DNA of 64,000 nucleotides from Amoebidium appalachense (GCA_963693365.1 CAVNZM010000003.1:14106914-14170913), one strand, 5' to 3'. Counted from the first letter of the stretch, positions 44,446-57,064 are shown. Translations and numbers: made by a program. The notes: a model not told the origin generated them from the letters alone.

Positions 44446-44459
44446 GGTTATGGGCCCAG
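44446..44459 (+). promoter_or_regulatory. Primer binding site GGTTATGGGCCCAG, complementary to the tRNA-iMet anticodon arm (half-tRNA priming)
   Basis: Immediately follows the 5' LTR. Same PBS type as Drosophila copia and Ty5. Confidence 0.9.
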
Positions 44460-44505
44460 AGTACGCTCCCTACACACATCTAGAACTAGCGCTCGTTTTT
44501 CAATC

Positions 44506-47500
44506 ATGGATCCAAACAAAACTGGCGTAAACAAAATAACCATGTGGAAAGGTGAAGGGAAGACTGGTCCCGATAGCAAAACCACCTATTTTCAATGGGA
44601 AATCATTTTTCTCGGCATGATGACCGGCACTAAAGGTGTCCGACTCGTGGATGTTGTACTTGCTGACAACTACGTCCCCCCTACCACCGTCGCGGTTGAC
44701 GGTGAACCCCCCTTCTACGGCTACGGCACTACCGCGGAACTCAAGGAGGCCCGCAATTGCCTCCTGCTCCATATGATTCAGAACATCGACCCTTCCGTCC
44801 TCACCACCGTTGCCCAGTACCGTATTGGCATGGACCCTGAACGGGCCATGTGGAAATTCCGTCAACACTACCTCCAAGGCAAACCCGATCAGATCCGCAT
44901 CCTTCACCGTCAGTGGGATGCCTGTGCCCTTCAGCCCGGTGAATCATTCACCACCTACCTGAGTCGTCTGCAGACCATCGTGAACCAGCTCCAGTCCCTC
45001 CAAGATGAGTCCATTCACTTCACTCGTCTAGCTGAGAAGTTCTTCAATGAACTCACCACCAGAGACGACCTCACCCCTGAGTTCAACCGTCTTATCGAAG
45101 ACTATCACTTCGGTGATAAGCTATTCCCCGACTTCGAGTCCCTCCACAACCACGTCAAGGGCATCGAGTTACGTCAAGACCTCAAGATGCAACTCCGGAG
45201 CAACCGTGCCCACCGTGCCTCCAAGTCCAGCATGGCATTAAATGCCAGTGCTCCCCCCCGTGATCTTCCTCGCCGTGACTTACGCAACCGCCTTGACCGT
45301 ACCCCTGGCACGGACCTCCGAACTCGTCTCTCCCGTCAGCACACCCGATCCCGTTCCCCCCACCGGCCTGCCTTCCGGTCCACGTCTCGTTCCCCCAGTC
45401 GTTCCCGTTTCTCGGGTTCCCGTCGTTCTGATTCCCCGGCTCGTTCTAACACCCCGTCCGTGAAAGCATGATCCTACTGCCACGAGCCTGATCACACGAT
45501 CATCGATTGCCCTGAGCCGAAATGCCGTATGTCCCGACACAACCGTTCCCGTCAAGGCAGTGAGAAATCTGTCTCCTTTGCTTTCTCGGCATACAATGCT
45601 AGCTCCGTCCCCGTGTCCTCCGACCCTGCCTGGGATTCCGGGTGCAACATGACTGTCTGCCCCACCCGTGAGTTCTTCCATGACCTCACTTCCCTTCCGA
45701 CACCGACTCCCGTTGCTGCCTTCAATGGCACCCCCGTCTTGGCCACTCACACCGGCCATATCGTCATCAACACCACCACCGACCATGGCACTGCCACCCT
45801 CACCATTGAAGCCTACTACACCCCGTCTGGCCAAGCCTTCCTCATTTCAACATCCCAAGCTGCTGCCGAATACATCAAGGGTGATTTGAATGATGCCTCC
45901 ACTCCGTCATTCCTCTTCGACCGACTCACCGGCCGTCATCTCGTCAACCTCCGTCTACACAACGGTCTGTATTACTTCAAGGACTACACCATTCAACCAC
46001 CCACTCGTCCTGTGGCTTTGGCTGCCACTACCAGTGTTAACCCATCCATCTGGCACCATCGTCTGGGGCACCGTGCTATGACCAGCATCAAGGACATGGT
46101 GAAACACGACCTTGTCATTGGTCTCCCCTCGTCTGTCCTCGACTGTGATGTTCCTGATTGTCATGGCTGTATTATGGGTAAAACCACCAAGGCTCCGTTC
46201 AAGGGTGACCGTCCTCACTCCAACATCCCCGGTCATGAATGGCATTGGGATTTTTTTGAGCCTACCACAACATCGTACGGAGGTTCCAAGGTTGCTCTCG
46301 TCACTGTCTGCCGTGCCTCTGGACTCGTCAAGATCTACCCGATGGCCGACCGTACAACCACCCTGGACATTCTCACAGCTCACACCAACCTCGTTGCTAC
46401 CCATGCCCCCTCCAAAGTTGGTGTTTACCACTTCGACTCCGGCTCTGAGTTCACCTCCAAGGCTACCCGTGCTTTTTGCCTCTCCCAGGGCATCAAGGCC
46501 AGCTATGCTCCGGTGGACTGCCCTCAACTGAACGGCTATGTTGAACGTCGTATGCGGTTCCTCCAAGAGATTGTTCGTTGCCTCCTCCATCAAGTCCAAG
46601 ATCAGTCTCTGTCCCCCAAACTGTGGGCTGAGGCCCTACAACATGCCGCCTACATCATCAATGTCACCCCGTCCACGACTGCCAATGGTCGTACACCATT
46701 CGAGGTTTTCTACGGTGTCAAGCCCGACATCTCCGAGCTCAAGGTGTTCGGTTTCCCTGCCTACACTCATGTGCCAGCCTCTAAACGGAACAAGCTGGCC
46801 CCCACCGTCAAACTCGGCATGTATATCGGATATGATCTTCAATCACACTGCCACCGGATCTTCAATCCCACCACCCATCGTGTCGGCCTCTTCCGTGATG
46901 TGATTTTCGACGAATCAGCTTATCTCCCGTCCGACATTCCATCCACACTTCCGACCCCCGACACCACTGCTACCTCGACCACCCCACCCCCACCGTTGAC
47001 ACTGAAGATGATGTTTGTCTGGTGTACTCTGGCCCCCCTCCTGCCATCGTCGTTCCCCCGACACCCCCCCCCCACCGGCCCCCCTGCCCCCGTGCCCGTC
47101 CAGCCTGCCGACCCTCATCCTGCCCCTGGCAACGTCACACCCATCCGTCCCGGCTCCCCCGACAACTTCCACTCGGCCCCGTCCAGCCCGGAGGTTGCCC
47201 CCCCCTGCAATTCCGAACTTCCAAGTTCCCCCCCCCCCGTCTCCACCTCCCCCGGTTCCTGCACCCCGTCGTTCTGCCCGTCTACAGGGCAAGGTTGGAC
47301 TTCAAGCCACCACCACCCTCCCAGTCCCCCCCGGTCCCCCCATCAACATCGACCAACTACCCAAACTTGTCCGTCAACTGTGTTCCGGACCCAATGGTGA
47401 CCAGGTCAAGTCAGCCCTCACTGCTGAGTATCAAGCCTTCGTCGACAAAGACATCTTTGAACTTGTTGACCCTCCCCCTGGTGCTAACATCGTCGGCTTC

Positions 47501-48913
47501 AAGTGGATTGTCTCCGAGAAAACTCTCAACTCGGCTGGTGACACCAAGATCAAGGCACGTGGTGTTGCTCAAGGCTTCAGTCAGCAATACGGTGTTGACT
47601 ATGAGTTGATTGAGAGCCCTGTCATCCGTCCGGCTGCTCTCCGTGCTATCCTAGCTCTGGCCGTTGTTGAAGGTCATGACATCCATCAACTCGACGTGTC
47701 TACGGCCTTTCTCAACAGCCCACTCACCGAGACCATCTACATGAAACAACCCCCGGGATTCATCACCATGGCCACACTTGGCAAGGTCTGGAGACTCAAG
47801 AAAGCCCTGTACGGCCTCAAGCAAGCCTCCAAGGCTTGGTACGACTTCCTCGACGGCATTCTTCTTGCCCATGGCCTGACCCGTACTAAGACCGACCCGT
47901 GCATCTACCTCCGGTTCTTCAACAACAACGATGTGGTTCGGGCTGGTAACTACGTCGACGACTCCACCATCACCAACACCCGGGGTTCTACTGCTGCCAG
48001 TGACCTGGCTGCCCACATCAGCAAGATGGCCAGCTGTCGTATGAGTCCATTTGACCGTATGCTCGGTGTTGATTTTAATCACTCTGATCCCCATCATCTC
48101 CACATGCACCAGAGGTCTTACATCATGGATATCATCCACGACTTCAACCTCACCGATGCCAAGTCCAAGTCTACCCCCATCCCTGCAGGCACCACCGTCT
48201 CCCTGGCTGACTGCCCCCCTCAACCGTTCACCGTGCCCTACCGTGAGTTACTCGGCCGTCTCCTCTGGGTGGCACGGTGCACACGTCCCGACATTGCCTA
48301 TGCCATCGGCTTCCTTGGTCGGTTCAGCACCAACCCCGGCAAGACTCACTGGGACCTTCTCCGTCGTGTGGCCCGGTACCTGCTCGGCACCATTGACCTT
48401 GGCATTGACTACAAGTACTCGGCCACCCAGCCCCCCATACTCGAATGCTACACGGATGCTGACTTTGCTGGTTGTGCCGACAGCAAGAAGTCTACCACCG
48501 GCTACATCATCGAGTTTGCTGGTATGCCTATCATCTGGTACTCCAAGCTCCAGCCCATCACGGCCACCAGCACCACTGAAGCTGAGCTGATTGCTCTCAA
48601 TGCTGGCACCCAAGAAGTTGCTTGGGTCCGTGACCTCTTCAAGGAACTCGGCTGCCCCATGCTTGCTCCGACTCCGGTGTACTGTGACAACCAGTCGACC
48701 ATTGCCATCGTCAACTCCACCGGCATCAAGCACCGTACCAAACACATTGCCGTTCGGTATCACAACACCAAGGACTACATTGCAAGTGGGGATGTGGTTG
48801 TCCACTACGTTGAATCAGCCCACAACTTAGCTGACATCCTCACCAAACCCCTTCCCGGCCCGAGTCATGTCAACCATCGTGCTAAACTGTGTCTGCCGGA
48901 TATTGTGGATTGA
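44506..48913 (+). pseudogene. Copia gag-pol polyprotein with one in-frame stop and poly-C frameshifts
   Basis: Zn knuckle *SYCHEPDHTIIDC (TGA 45469-45471), protease WDSGCN, WHHRLGH..CHGC, integrase HWD..FDSGSEF..NGYVER, RT HQLDVSTAFLN..YGLKQ..YVDD, RNase H YTDADFAG..TEAE..CDNQS..ADILTK. Frameshifts at about 46990-47210 in C-runs. Confidence 0.93.
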
Positions 48914-50359
48914 CCCGTCCTACTTCAAGAGTGATTTTCTAATGTTTACTACTTACTTTATCATAATCATCATTTCATATGTATCTTGCCTTTGTGGGTA
49001 TGCCCACTTAGGGTTTATATATAAGGTTTGACCTGTACCATGACTCTACTCTATCTTTCACTGGTTTAAAACCCAGTTAATCAAAACCCGACTATACACG
49101 TTATACATATTCGTTGTTTTTGCCCCGGTTCCTTCCCCCCCCCCCCCCCCCCCTTCCCCCCCCCCCCCTCCCCCCCCCCCCTTCCCCCCCCCCCCCTTCC
49201 CCCCCCCGCCCCCCCCCCCCCCCCCCACCTTCCCTCCCCCCCCCCCCCCCCCCCCCGGGAAAAGTACACACTTTAATTTGTTTTTTCCGTTTCTGTTCTC
49301 AAGTGGGGAGATTTCACTAGTTCAGTGGGGATATGATAACACAAACTTCAAAGTCTTAAGTGGGGATGTTGTAATACGTAGTATTTACATATGGTAAGAT
49401 CTTCTCAGTTTGTGTTATGTTTCAGTTCATATGCTTAGTGTAAAAGCTACACTCCTATTACGTAAAGTGTAGCATCGATCTCCGATATGCTTGTATACTT
49501 GTAATCGTCTTGTATCGGCTTTAATCGTGTGTTGTAATATCGATTAGAATATTTATATGTGTGTACACGGATCCACCCACTCAGGGAGAGACGTGTACAT
49601 GTTCGTGTGTACATAAATATCTCTGGTTATAGTTATGCTATTACTATCTTGTTTGTTGATCTGTGCTCTCCTTTCCTTTCTCTTTCTCCTTCCTTATTTT
49701 CTTTTCTTTCTCTCCTTGTCTTCATGTGTATAATCGTATTTCTTTTCTACTAATATATGTTAGGTAGATTTGTGTTACTTAATACGTGTTCATTGGACGG
49801 TAACACACTTAGGCTACACTTAGAATAACATGTGTGATTAGACTTCATTAATTTACTTTAGTTTTCATGTGTTGCCGGGCTTTAACCAATCATCAAGGTT
49901 AAGTGTGATATGTCTGAGTCTTTGCACTGTGTCATAGGTTAGAACTTCCTTGATGATGACACGAGTTGATCTTAACTAGTGTCTGTGTCCTATCGTGTAC
50001 GTCTCCGCGTACCAGATCTCTCTGAAAGCAATTGGTTCTTAGTGATTGGTTTCTATTAGAGATAGATCTGATTTCCGACTGGTCGGAAATCATGTATGGA
50101 TTGGACTTAGAGGAATTTCAGGTATTTATTCGAAGATCAGAATAAATTCAGTTCAGTCGTGTCTAAACATTGATGTCTGTTGTGTACACTGCTCCGATCG
50201 TTCCGTGTTTTGTTGTTGTGTGAGTGTCTGTGGTGTTTTCACACTGCACCACTGTGTCTCTGCTTTCATCCCAAATATTTATACAATTTAACAGACACCC
50301 CGACAATCAACCCCCCCCCCCCCCCCCCCTGGAATGATGAAGAAAGCATAAAAAAAAAT

Positions 50360-50652
50360 TGCCTTGGCCGTCGGTGCGTGTAACAAACTGTTCGAGGTCG
50401 CTGTACTCCACAAACACAGTGGAATAGAGTGTTTCCTCGAGGCACTCATCACGCTCGTCGTGTGTCCAGAAAAGTTCTTGAACTGAAACCACCCTGGCAT
50501 GGAACCAACGACGCACACTTGCACGGCCACCAGGTGGTCTGGTTCCGTGTCCTGTGCAGTAACGGTGGCCCAGTCTGGCGAGACCGTGACAGTGGCAGTC
50601 CAACTCCTTGGTTTCGACATCAACATGTTTGCGGTAGTACGTGCAGCATAAA
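50360..50652 (-). CDS. Possible upstream Cys/His-rich exon of the Sola-like transposase gene
   Basis: Open frame LCCTYYRKHVDVETKELDCHCHGL..VQELFWTHDERDECLEETL on the same strand as the Sola exons, after a ctgattAG acceptor. The donor is uncertain (possibly GC). Confidence 0.4.
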
Positions 50653-50757
50653 CTAATCAGATCGAGCGAGGGTGACTGCGCTTTGACGTTCGCGTATTAC
50701 GTCATGGTTATTTGTACACCACACATGGCCCACCCGCCCACGACCCACCCGCGCTCG

Positions 50758-50796
<39 letters not shown>

Positions 50797-51087
50797 CAAA
50801 AAAAATCGTCTGGCCTTTGGACGGACGTACCCCCCCCCCCCCCCCTCCCACACACACACACACACACACGCACACACCCCAACACCCAACACACATGCAC
50901 ACAAAACCATGTACACATGTGTACACCAGCCCACACAAACACACACACACACACGAACATGCACATTCGCTCACACGCTTCCACCCACACTCGTACGTGC
51001 CATCGCAATGTTGCAATGTTACATATAAAGACAGTGCACCCGACATCTTGAACACACACGCCATCCAAAGTGGTGTGACCGCATAAA

Positions 51088-52050
51088 TTGATATTTATGC
51101 CCAGTTATCGAATTTGATTGGCAAACCCGCTATCTGGAATGTTTGCCTGATGCACTTCCGTATGGAATGTTCGCGTGCTGCGGGCTTCTTTCGATTGGGC
51201 TGTTACTCTGCACGCAAGATTACAACTGTTTCCACATGAACCAGAGTCTACGGTGGACTACCAGAGTCCCCTGCACCATGATAACGAGTCCCTCCGGCTG
51301 GCGTCCCCCAAATGATCTTCCTATTGTTTAAGGACCACGTTTCCTCGTCCCGCTAGTACTATTACATAGAGTACTATTACATAGCAACATTTACTTTCCA
51401 TTGTCCATAATTTTAATCCATTCAACAAACGAAGTCCATACACCTGTGTCCTCGCAATGTCATGGCAATCCAGCCCCCCCCACATATAAACACAGCGCAC
51501 GCGATACCTTGAATGGTGCGCATAAATTGTGCGTCATTTTTCTTATGTCCCGTTAAAATATTTTTTATGGCCCGTAAGTGAATGGAGCGCATAAATTGTG
51601 GGCCATTTTTCTTATGTCCCGTTATAATGATTTTTATGCCCCGTTATCAAATTTGATTGGCAAACCCGCTATCTTGAATGTTTGCCTGATGCTCTTCCAT
51701 ATAGAATGTTCGCGTGCCGCGGGTTTTTTCCGATTGGACTGTTACTTTCCACGCACGTTTCCACATCAAGCAGAGTCTCCGGCGGACTACCAGAGCCCAC
51801 GTCACCATCATAACGCGCCCAGTCGGCTCGCGTCGCTGTGAAAGCCCCCCCCCCCCCCCCCACCCCCCCCCCACACCCCCCCCCCCCCCCCCCTTTCCCC
51901 CCCGCACCATACAAAATCAAATGAGTGATATCCCTATTGTTCCAGGGCCACGTTTCCTTCTCCCGCTAGTACTATGACATAGAGTGCTATTACATAGCAA
52001 CATTTACTTTCAATTATACATACTTTTAATCCGAAGTCCATACATCTGTG
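51088..52050. repeat. Diverged direct duplication (about 51088-51450 and 51628-52050) between the divergent genes
   Basis: Shared blocks ttatgccc..aatttgattggcaaacccgctatc, cggactaccagag and ctagtacta..atagcaacatttactttc. Confidence 0.85.
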
Positions 52051-52619
52051 TGGTCGCAAGTTGTGGAATGCCCGCATGACGCGGGCCTCTAACGATTGGA
52101 TAAAAACATAAGAAACTCAAGCAGCGCCAAGGAATGTTCGCCTGACACGGCCCGCAAATAATTGACGGAGTGCTCTCTCTATTCAGTCGGGACGTCCTGT
52201 AATTTGGGGATCACACAAAACACATGTTATCAACATCTTTGGGCCGCTCGACCTGGCATGCGGGACTCTCAAAGTCCACATGTGCATACAAACGCCCCCC
52301 CCCCCCCCCCCTCCCCTTCCACCCTCCCAAAACAATACACACATTACACCCATCCACCCCACTTGGGTTTGAATTGTACATACGTAGTTATAGAAGATTT
52401 CTACGAACTCCCTTTAGATAACATGTACAAACATTGCGTGACCCGCGCGCGCGGTTGTTCATGCATATGACACAAGCAAACCTCGTGATCTTATTGCGGG
52501 ATCACCTTTTGGGTCCGACACTCACCAAACAAAAGGCGGTCGCATTCCAAATGCACGAGCACATTTTAACGCACACGCTAGCTGTTCAGAACACAGTCTT
52601 TCCAACAAGCAGTGTCGAC

Positions 52620-53590
52620 ATGCCGAACTTACCGGGTAGAGCCTCAGGGCCCGTAGGGCCCGGTGGCGAAACATTACGTGGGGTGTCGCCGCTTACTGCA
52701 GACTTGGACAGCATGATGCCTCTAGATGAGGACGCAGATTCCTACATCATAACCCCTAAACAGGTATGCATTGCGTCTTACCACCACTCCCTGTTTCGGT
52801 CGCAGGTACCGCTTTACTCTGAGTAGGCTATCCGTTTGCTTGTATGGCATCGATGCATGTGTGCCCCTAACTTTGAGCTACGTAAGACCGACTGAACACA
52901 AAGGTACCTTCTCACATTAGGGGTTTGTGCTGGTGTGGGGTCACTCAGGTCGGATGGCAGGAGGACCTGGAGAGGAACCTTTTTGTATTCCGCGGGCACA
53001 TTCAATTAACAGAAAAATCAATCAAACACGTGCGAAGGCTGGCTAGCAACCACATTGCTCAAACGATTTTGGTGAACGATACGGTTGACGTCCACGATAA
53101 CGATGGGACGCGTTTCTCTGTTCCTCTGACCCCGAACGACCCTCTGTTAAAAACCTGGTATGATGAAATCAGGCATTTTCTGGGAGACAACGGCCTACCA
53201 TGCAATCTCAAGATTTGCGGTCTCTCAGTTATAGGCAGCAAGCCCAACGGATCACCCCAGGTGTGCCACTGGGATCACAATGTCCATGAGATATTGAAGA
53301 AACAAGCCCCATGGCAAGATATACCGTGGTCAATATTCTATCACGTCGAGGATGGGGGTACACTCATGTTATACGACGTCTCGTCGGATGCACTACATAT
53401 AACGAGAGCAAGGCGCGTGAGTGGGTTCAAAAAACACGATCTGGTTCTTATGCGGGCCACGCAGGCCCACGGGGGTGACACCTACCAGAAGAAACACATA
53501 CGTATTTTTGCATACTTGGACAATGCCATTTTCCCACGATCTGAAAACACGCTGTACGGTGTGATAGAATTGCAAGTAAATCGCCCCCTC

Positions 53591-53623
<33 letters not shown>

Positions 53624-54049
53624 ACCCAGCCCCGGCACACGCACACGCACACACACACAACCTCTCTTACTCCCTCTCCCCATCCTCATTGGTTCTCCTG
53701 TTGATGCTTACAACAACACATTTAAACGGGATGCACAACACACACAAACAGAAAACTTGCACATACAAAATGTTAACCAATGTAAGGCCCTCTGTGACCA
53801 CGTGCCGTGGACTGGTGTGGATACTCACAAAACTGTGTATATGCAGGATGCCAAACAAGGAAAGGCCGGCAAACAAACCCGAAAGCAAAAGATTCAGCCC
53901 ACTGGCAAAGGCAAGACTAAGCAACTCAAGGGCATCCAGGCGGTAGGGGTTGGTGCATCTGACAATGCACCACTGCCACCTGCAGCAACGAGGACACCGC
54001 CGACTTTTTCTTCCAACAACACTCGAGGCAGCATGGTACGGCTGTCCAG

Positions 54050-54086
<37 letters not shown>

Positions 54087-54512
54087 ACCACCACCACCCC
54101 CCCGGAAAAAACAAAAAAAAAAAAATTACAAATACAAAAATTCATGTTTTTGCTACTAAGACGTGTCACGTGCGCACAGGCAAAAAAAAAAAAAACGAAT
54201 AAACTTTATTATTTTTGCCATACAGATATGAAAGCAGTGCGATTTGGTTCAGGAGGGCATAAACCCCTGAAGAGAGAAGAACACTTACAGGATGCCAAAA
54301 TTTCAATTATGCACGTCTTTCTGCGTAACCATTCGTCCCCGTGAAAAAAAAAAAGCGAAGGTTCAAGTGATGCGGAATAGTTAAAGTATCACATATGTGC
54401 GTGGTCATGAAGCCGTACCCACTATTTTCCCTGCCTCAGGCATCAACAAACCCTGGCAGTCAACAAGCAGGTGATGTGTTGACACAGCCCAAGGCAGCGG
54501 CGCAACAGGTGA

Positions 54513-54546
<34 letters not shown>

Positions 54547-55466
54547 AAAAAAACCCTAAAAACCCCCAACCAACCAAAAAAGCAACCAAAAGGAATATAA
54601 CTGCAGGAAGAAAAAGAAAAACAACGTACGCACACACTCACTACTAAATAGCCTGACACCAGAATTTAATGTTGATTGTAATGTTGGTTCAGTAACGTAA
54701 GTAGGATTGTAAGGTAAACTGTATCGGAAATGATCAGACTTGATGTTTACAGTGTTTATTGCACCATGCCATATCACTTAGGCTTGGGCATATCACTTTG
54801 TCCATACATGGAGACTCGGCAATGTCTTAGGTGTCACTTACAATAGATGTATTGACCGCCCTGATAAGTTGTATTGACCATTTTCCCTGATGCAGGCACC
54901 AACAACACATGCCAGCCAACAAGTGAATTATGCGTCGGAAGAGCCCAAGGCAACGGGGCGGCAGGTTGTACCCCCCCCCTCCCCCCCCCCCCCCCCCCCC
55001 CCCCAACCCCCCCCCTTCCCCTTCACACACAATCACACGCACACACCCCTCTAGAGCCTCCACCCCCAACTCCAGCTCCCCATCCAATGGCATGATGACG
55101 AAGGATATGACTAGTAGTATGCGTGTCAAACCCCCTCACAACCCCAACATAACTCTCTTCACGCAACCTCCGGATCCCACACCCCCCCGCACCCTAAAGC
55201 ACCCAAAAAACTTAACACACAAACACACTCATAAACACACACGCACACACAAACACACACCCCAAATGCCCGATTTTTTGACCGGTTTCCAAATCAGGTT
55301 AGCGGCCGTGGCAGGAAGAGGAAAAGTGAGGCCGATACACTGATCACACCCGAGCTACCGGCCAGCAAGCGCCGAGTGTTCAGCAAAGGTGACGTCAGCG
55401 AGGGAGAAGAGCTGGGCAGGACTGGGGATGAAGGCCATGATAGTGAGGCGCACACGGGCACCTATT
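52620..55466 (+). CDS. 2OG-Fe(II) dioxygenase-fold protein with a basic low-complexity tail and NLS-like motif; exons 52620-52763, 52949-53575, 53847-54035, 54440-54508, 54896-54964, 55298-~55455 (3' end cut by a retroelement fragment)
   Basis: Exon 2 encodes SVIGSKPNGSPQVCHWD (HxD)..PWSIFYHVEDGGTL..DLVLMRATQAHGG (distal H)..HIRIFAYLD (2OG-binding R). All introns are phase 0 GT-AG with no stops. The last exon has GRGRKRKS..ASKRR. Confidence 0.75.
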
Positions 55467-55672
55467 AGCCAGTCAAAACATCAGATACCACAGATCACTA
55501 GACCGAGTTATGATTGGCTCGGATCAGATTTCACATATCACTAGATCGATTTTTGATTGGTTCAGATCGGTAGGCTTAGGTATATAAGCACGTCAGTTTT
55601 TAGCAGATCAGCAAGCTACAAACACATCTTCTGTGTTTAGCATCCACAGCCTTACAGCTATATATTCCTTTT
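55454..55672 (+). mobile_element. Third fragment of the Ngaro/DIRS-like terminal repeat/promoter
   Basis: Matches 37800-38010 (acgggcacctattagcc..taggtatataagcacg..acagctatat). Confidence 0.8.
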
Positions 55673-55923
55673 CACCCACCCACCTACACCCACGTGGCAC
55701 AACCCCCATTGATCCACACATACGTGCTGTTTTTTCACGGGGCGAAGCCTTCCCCCGTTTTTTGGGCACATGGACCTCACGGATCAATAAATTGATGACT
55801 GGGGGCTTGCCGTGGTTTACAACCATTGCAGGTTCACTTTCATCCAAGGGGATGTCCCCCTAGAGGCAACACACGTCCCGGAGTAGTTTTTCATAGAATT
55901 TGTGTGTTTTTTTTCTCCAGAAG

Positions 55924-56780
55924 TAGCACGAGATACCACAAAGTGGGGGATGGTGAATGTGCCCCTGGAGTACGAGGGTCACACGAAAAAAACACAACGT
56001 TGTAGCTCGAATAGAACCCCCCCTGTAGCATAATATTTGTACATGTGTTACTTACACATTATTGGTTTTTTCAATAACTACCCACAGAACAGCTTCTAGC
56101 ACGAGACATTTACCACACAGTTTATGGGGGGGATGGTGAATGTGCCCCTGGAGTACGAGGGTCACACAAAAAAAACACAACGTTGTAGCTCGAATAGAAC
56201 CCCCCTTGTAGCATAATATATGTACATGTGTTACTTACACATTATTGGTTTTTTCGATAACTACCCACAGAACAGCTTCTAGCACGAGAAATTTACCACA
56301 CAGTTTATGGGGAGGATGGTGAATGTGCCCTTGGAGTACGAGGGTCACACGAAAAGAACACAACGTTGTAGCTCGTATAGAACCCCCCTTGTAGCATAGT
56401 ATATGTCCATGTGTTACCTAGACATTTTTGGGTTTTTCAATAACTACCCACAGAACAGCTTCTAGCACGAGACATTTACCACAAAGTTTATGGGGGGGAT
56501 AGTGAATGTGCCCCTGGAGTACGAGGGTCACACGAAAAAAACACAACGTTGTAGCTCGAATAGAACCCCCCTTGTAGCATAATATATGTGTACATGTGTT
56601 ACCTACACATTATAATAATTGGTTTTTTCAATAACTACCAACAGAAGAGCTTCTAGCACGAGACATTTACCACACAGTTTATGGGGGGGATGGTAAATGT
56701 GCCCCTGGAGTACGAGGGTCACACGAAAAAAACACAACGTTGTAGCTCGTATAGAACCCCCTTGTAGCATAGTATATGTA
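55924..56780 (+). repeat. ~183-bp tandem array, about 4.7 units; it resumes at about 57380-57437 and 62228-62570
   Basis: TAGCACGAGA anchors at 55924, 56097, 56280, 56463 and 56654, then 57422, 62390 and about 62558. Conserved ggatggtgaatgtgcccctggagtacgagggtcacac and the palindrome ACAACGTTGT. Confidence 0.93.
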
Positions 56781-56975
56781 GGTTTTATTTGTGGAAATTA
56801 TTGACATAAATATTTTTCTGGGTAAACACGTGGGATGGGTGTCCGATATCAACAGGCTTCTTTTCTTTTTTTAGCAGTTCGCGCTCGGCTGCCCGCATAC
56901 GGGCACCTCTTACCGATCAAAACATCAGATTCCACAGATCACTAGACCGAGTTTGATTGGCTCAGGATGAAATCT
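56781..56975 (+). mobile_element. Fourth fragment (5' end) of the Ngaro/DIRS-like element, inserted in the 183-bp array
   Basis: Near-identical to 37682-37875. The sequence degenerates into low-complexity C-rich consensus after about 56975. Confidence 0.8.
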
Positions 56976-57033
56976 TCCGCGCCCCCCCCCTCCCTGCACC
57001 CCCCCCCGCCCCCCCCCCCCCCCCCCCCCCCGG

Positions 57034-57064
<31 letters not shown>

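Larger units (their letters stand above)
44101..50293 (+). mobile_element. Ty1/Copia LTR retrotransposon: truncated 5' LTR 44101-44445, PBS, gag-pol, PPT, 3' LTR 49367-50293
   Basis: The LTR copies match each other and the solo LTR. Domain order is PR-IN-RT-RH. PPT AAGTGGGGA at 49358-49366. Confidence 0.95.

Noticed and set aside
44446-44459. tRNA-Met gene on the minus strand
   Set aside because: Only a 14-nt match next to an LTR, so it is a PBS. No cloverleaf is present.
46980-47240. Programmed ribosomal frameshift between Copia IN and RT
   Set aside because: Several shifts all fall in C-runs of a Pro-rich linker. Homopolymer error or decay explains them better.
55924-56780. CRISPR-like array
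   Set aside because: The whole unit is repeated with no unique spacers, there are no cas genes, and the context is eukaryotic.
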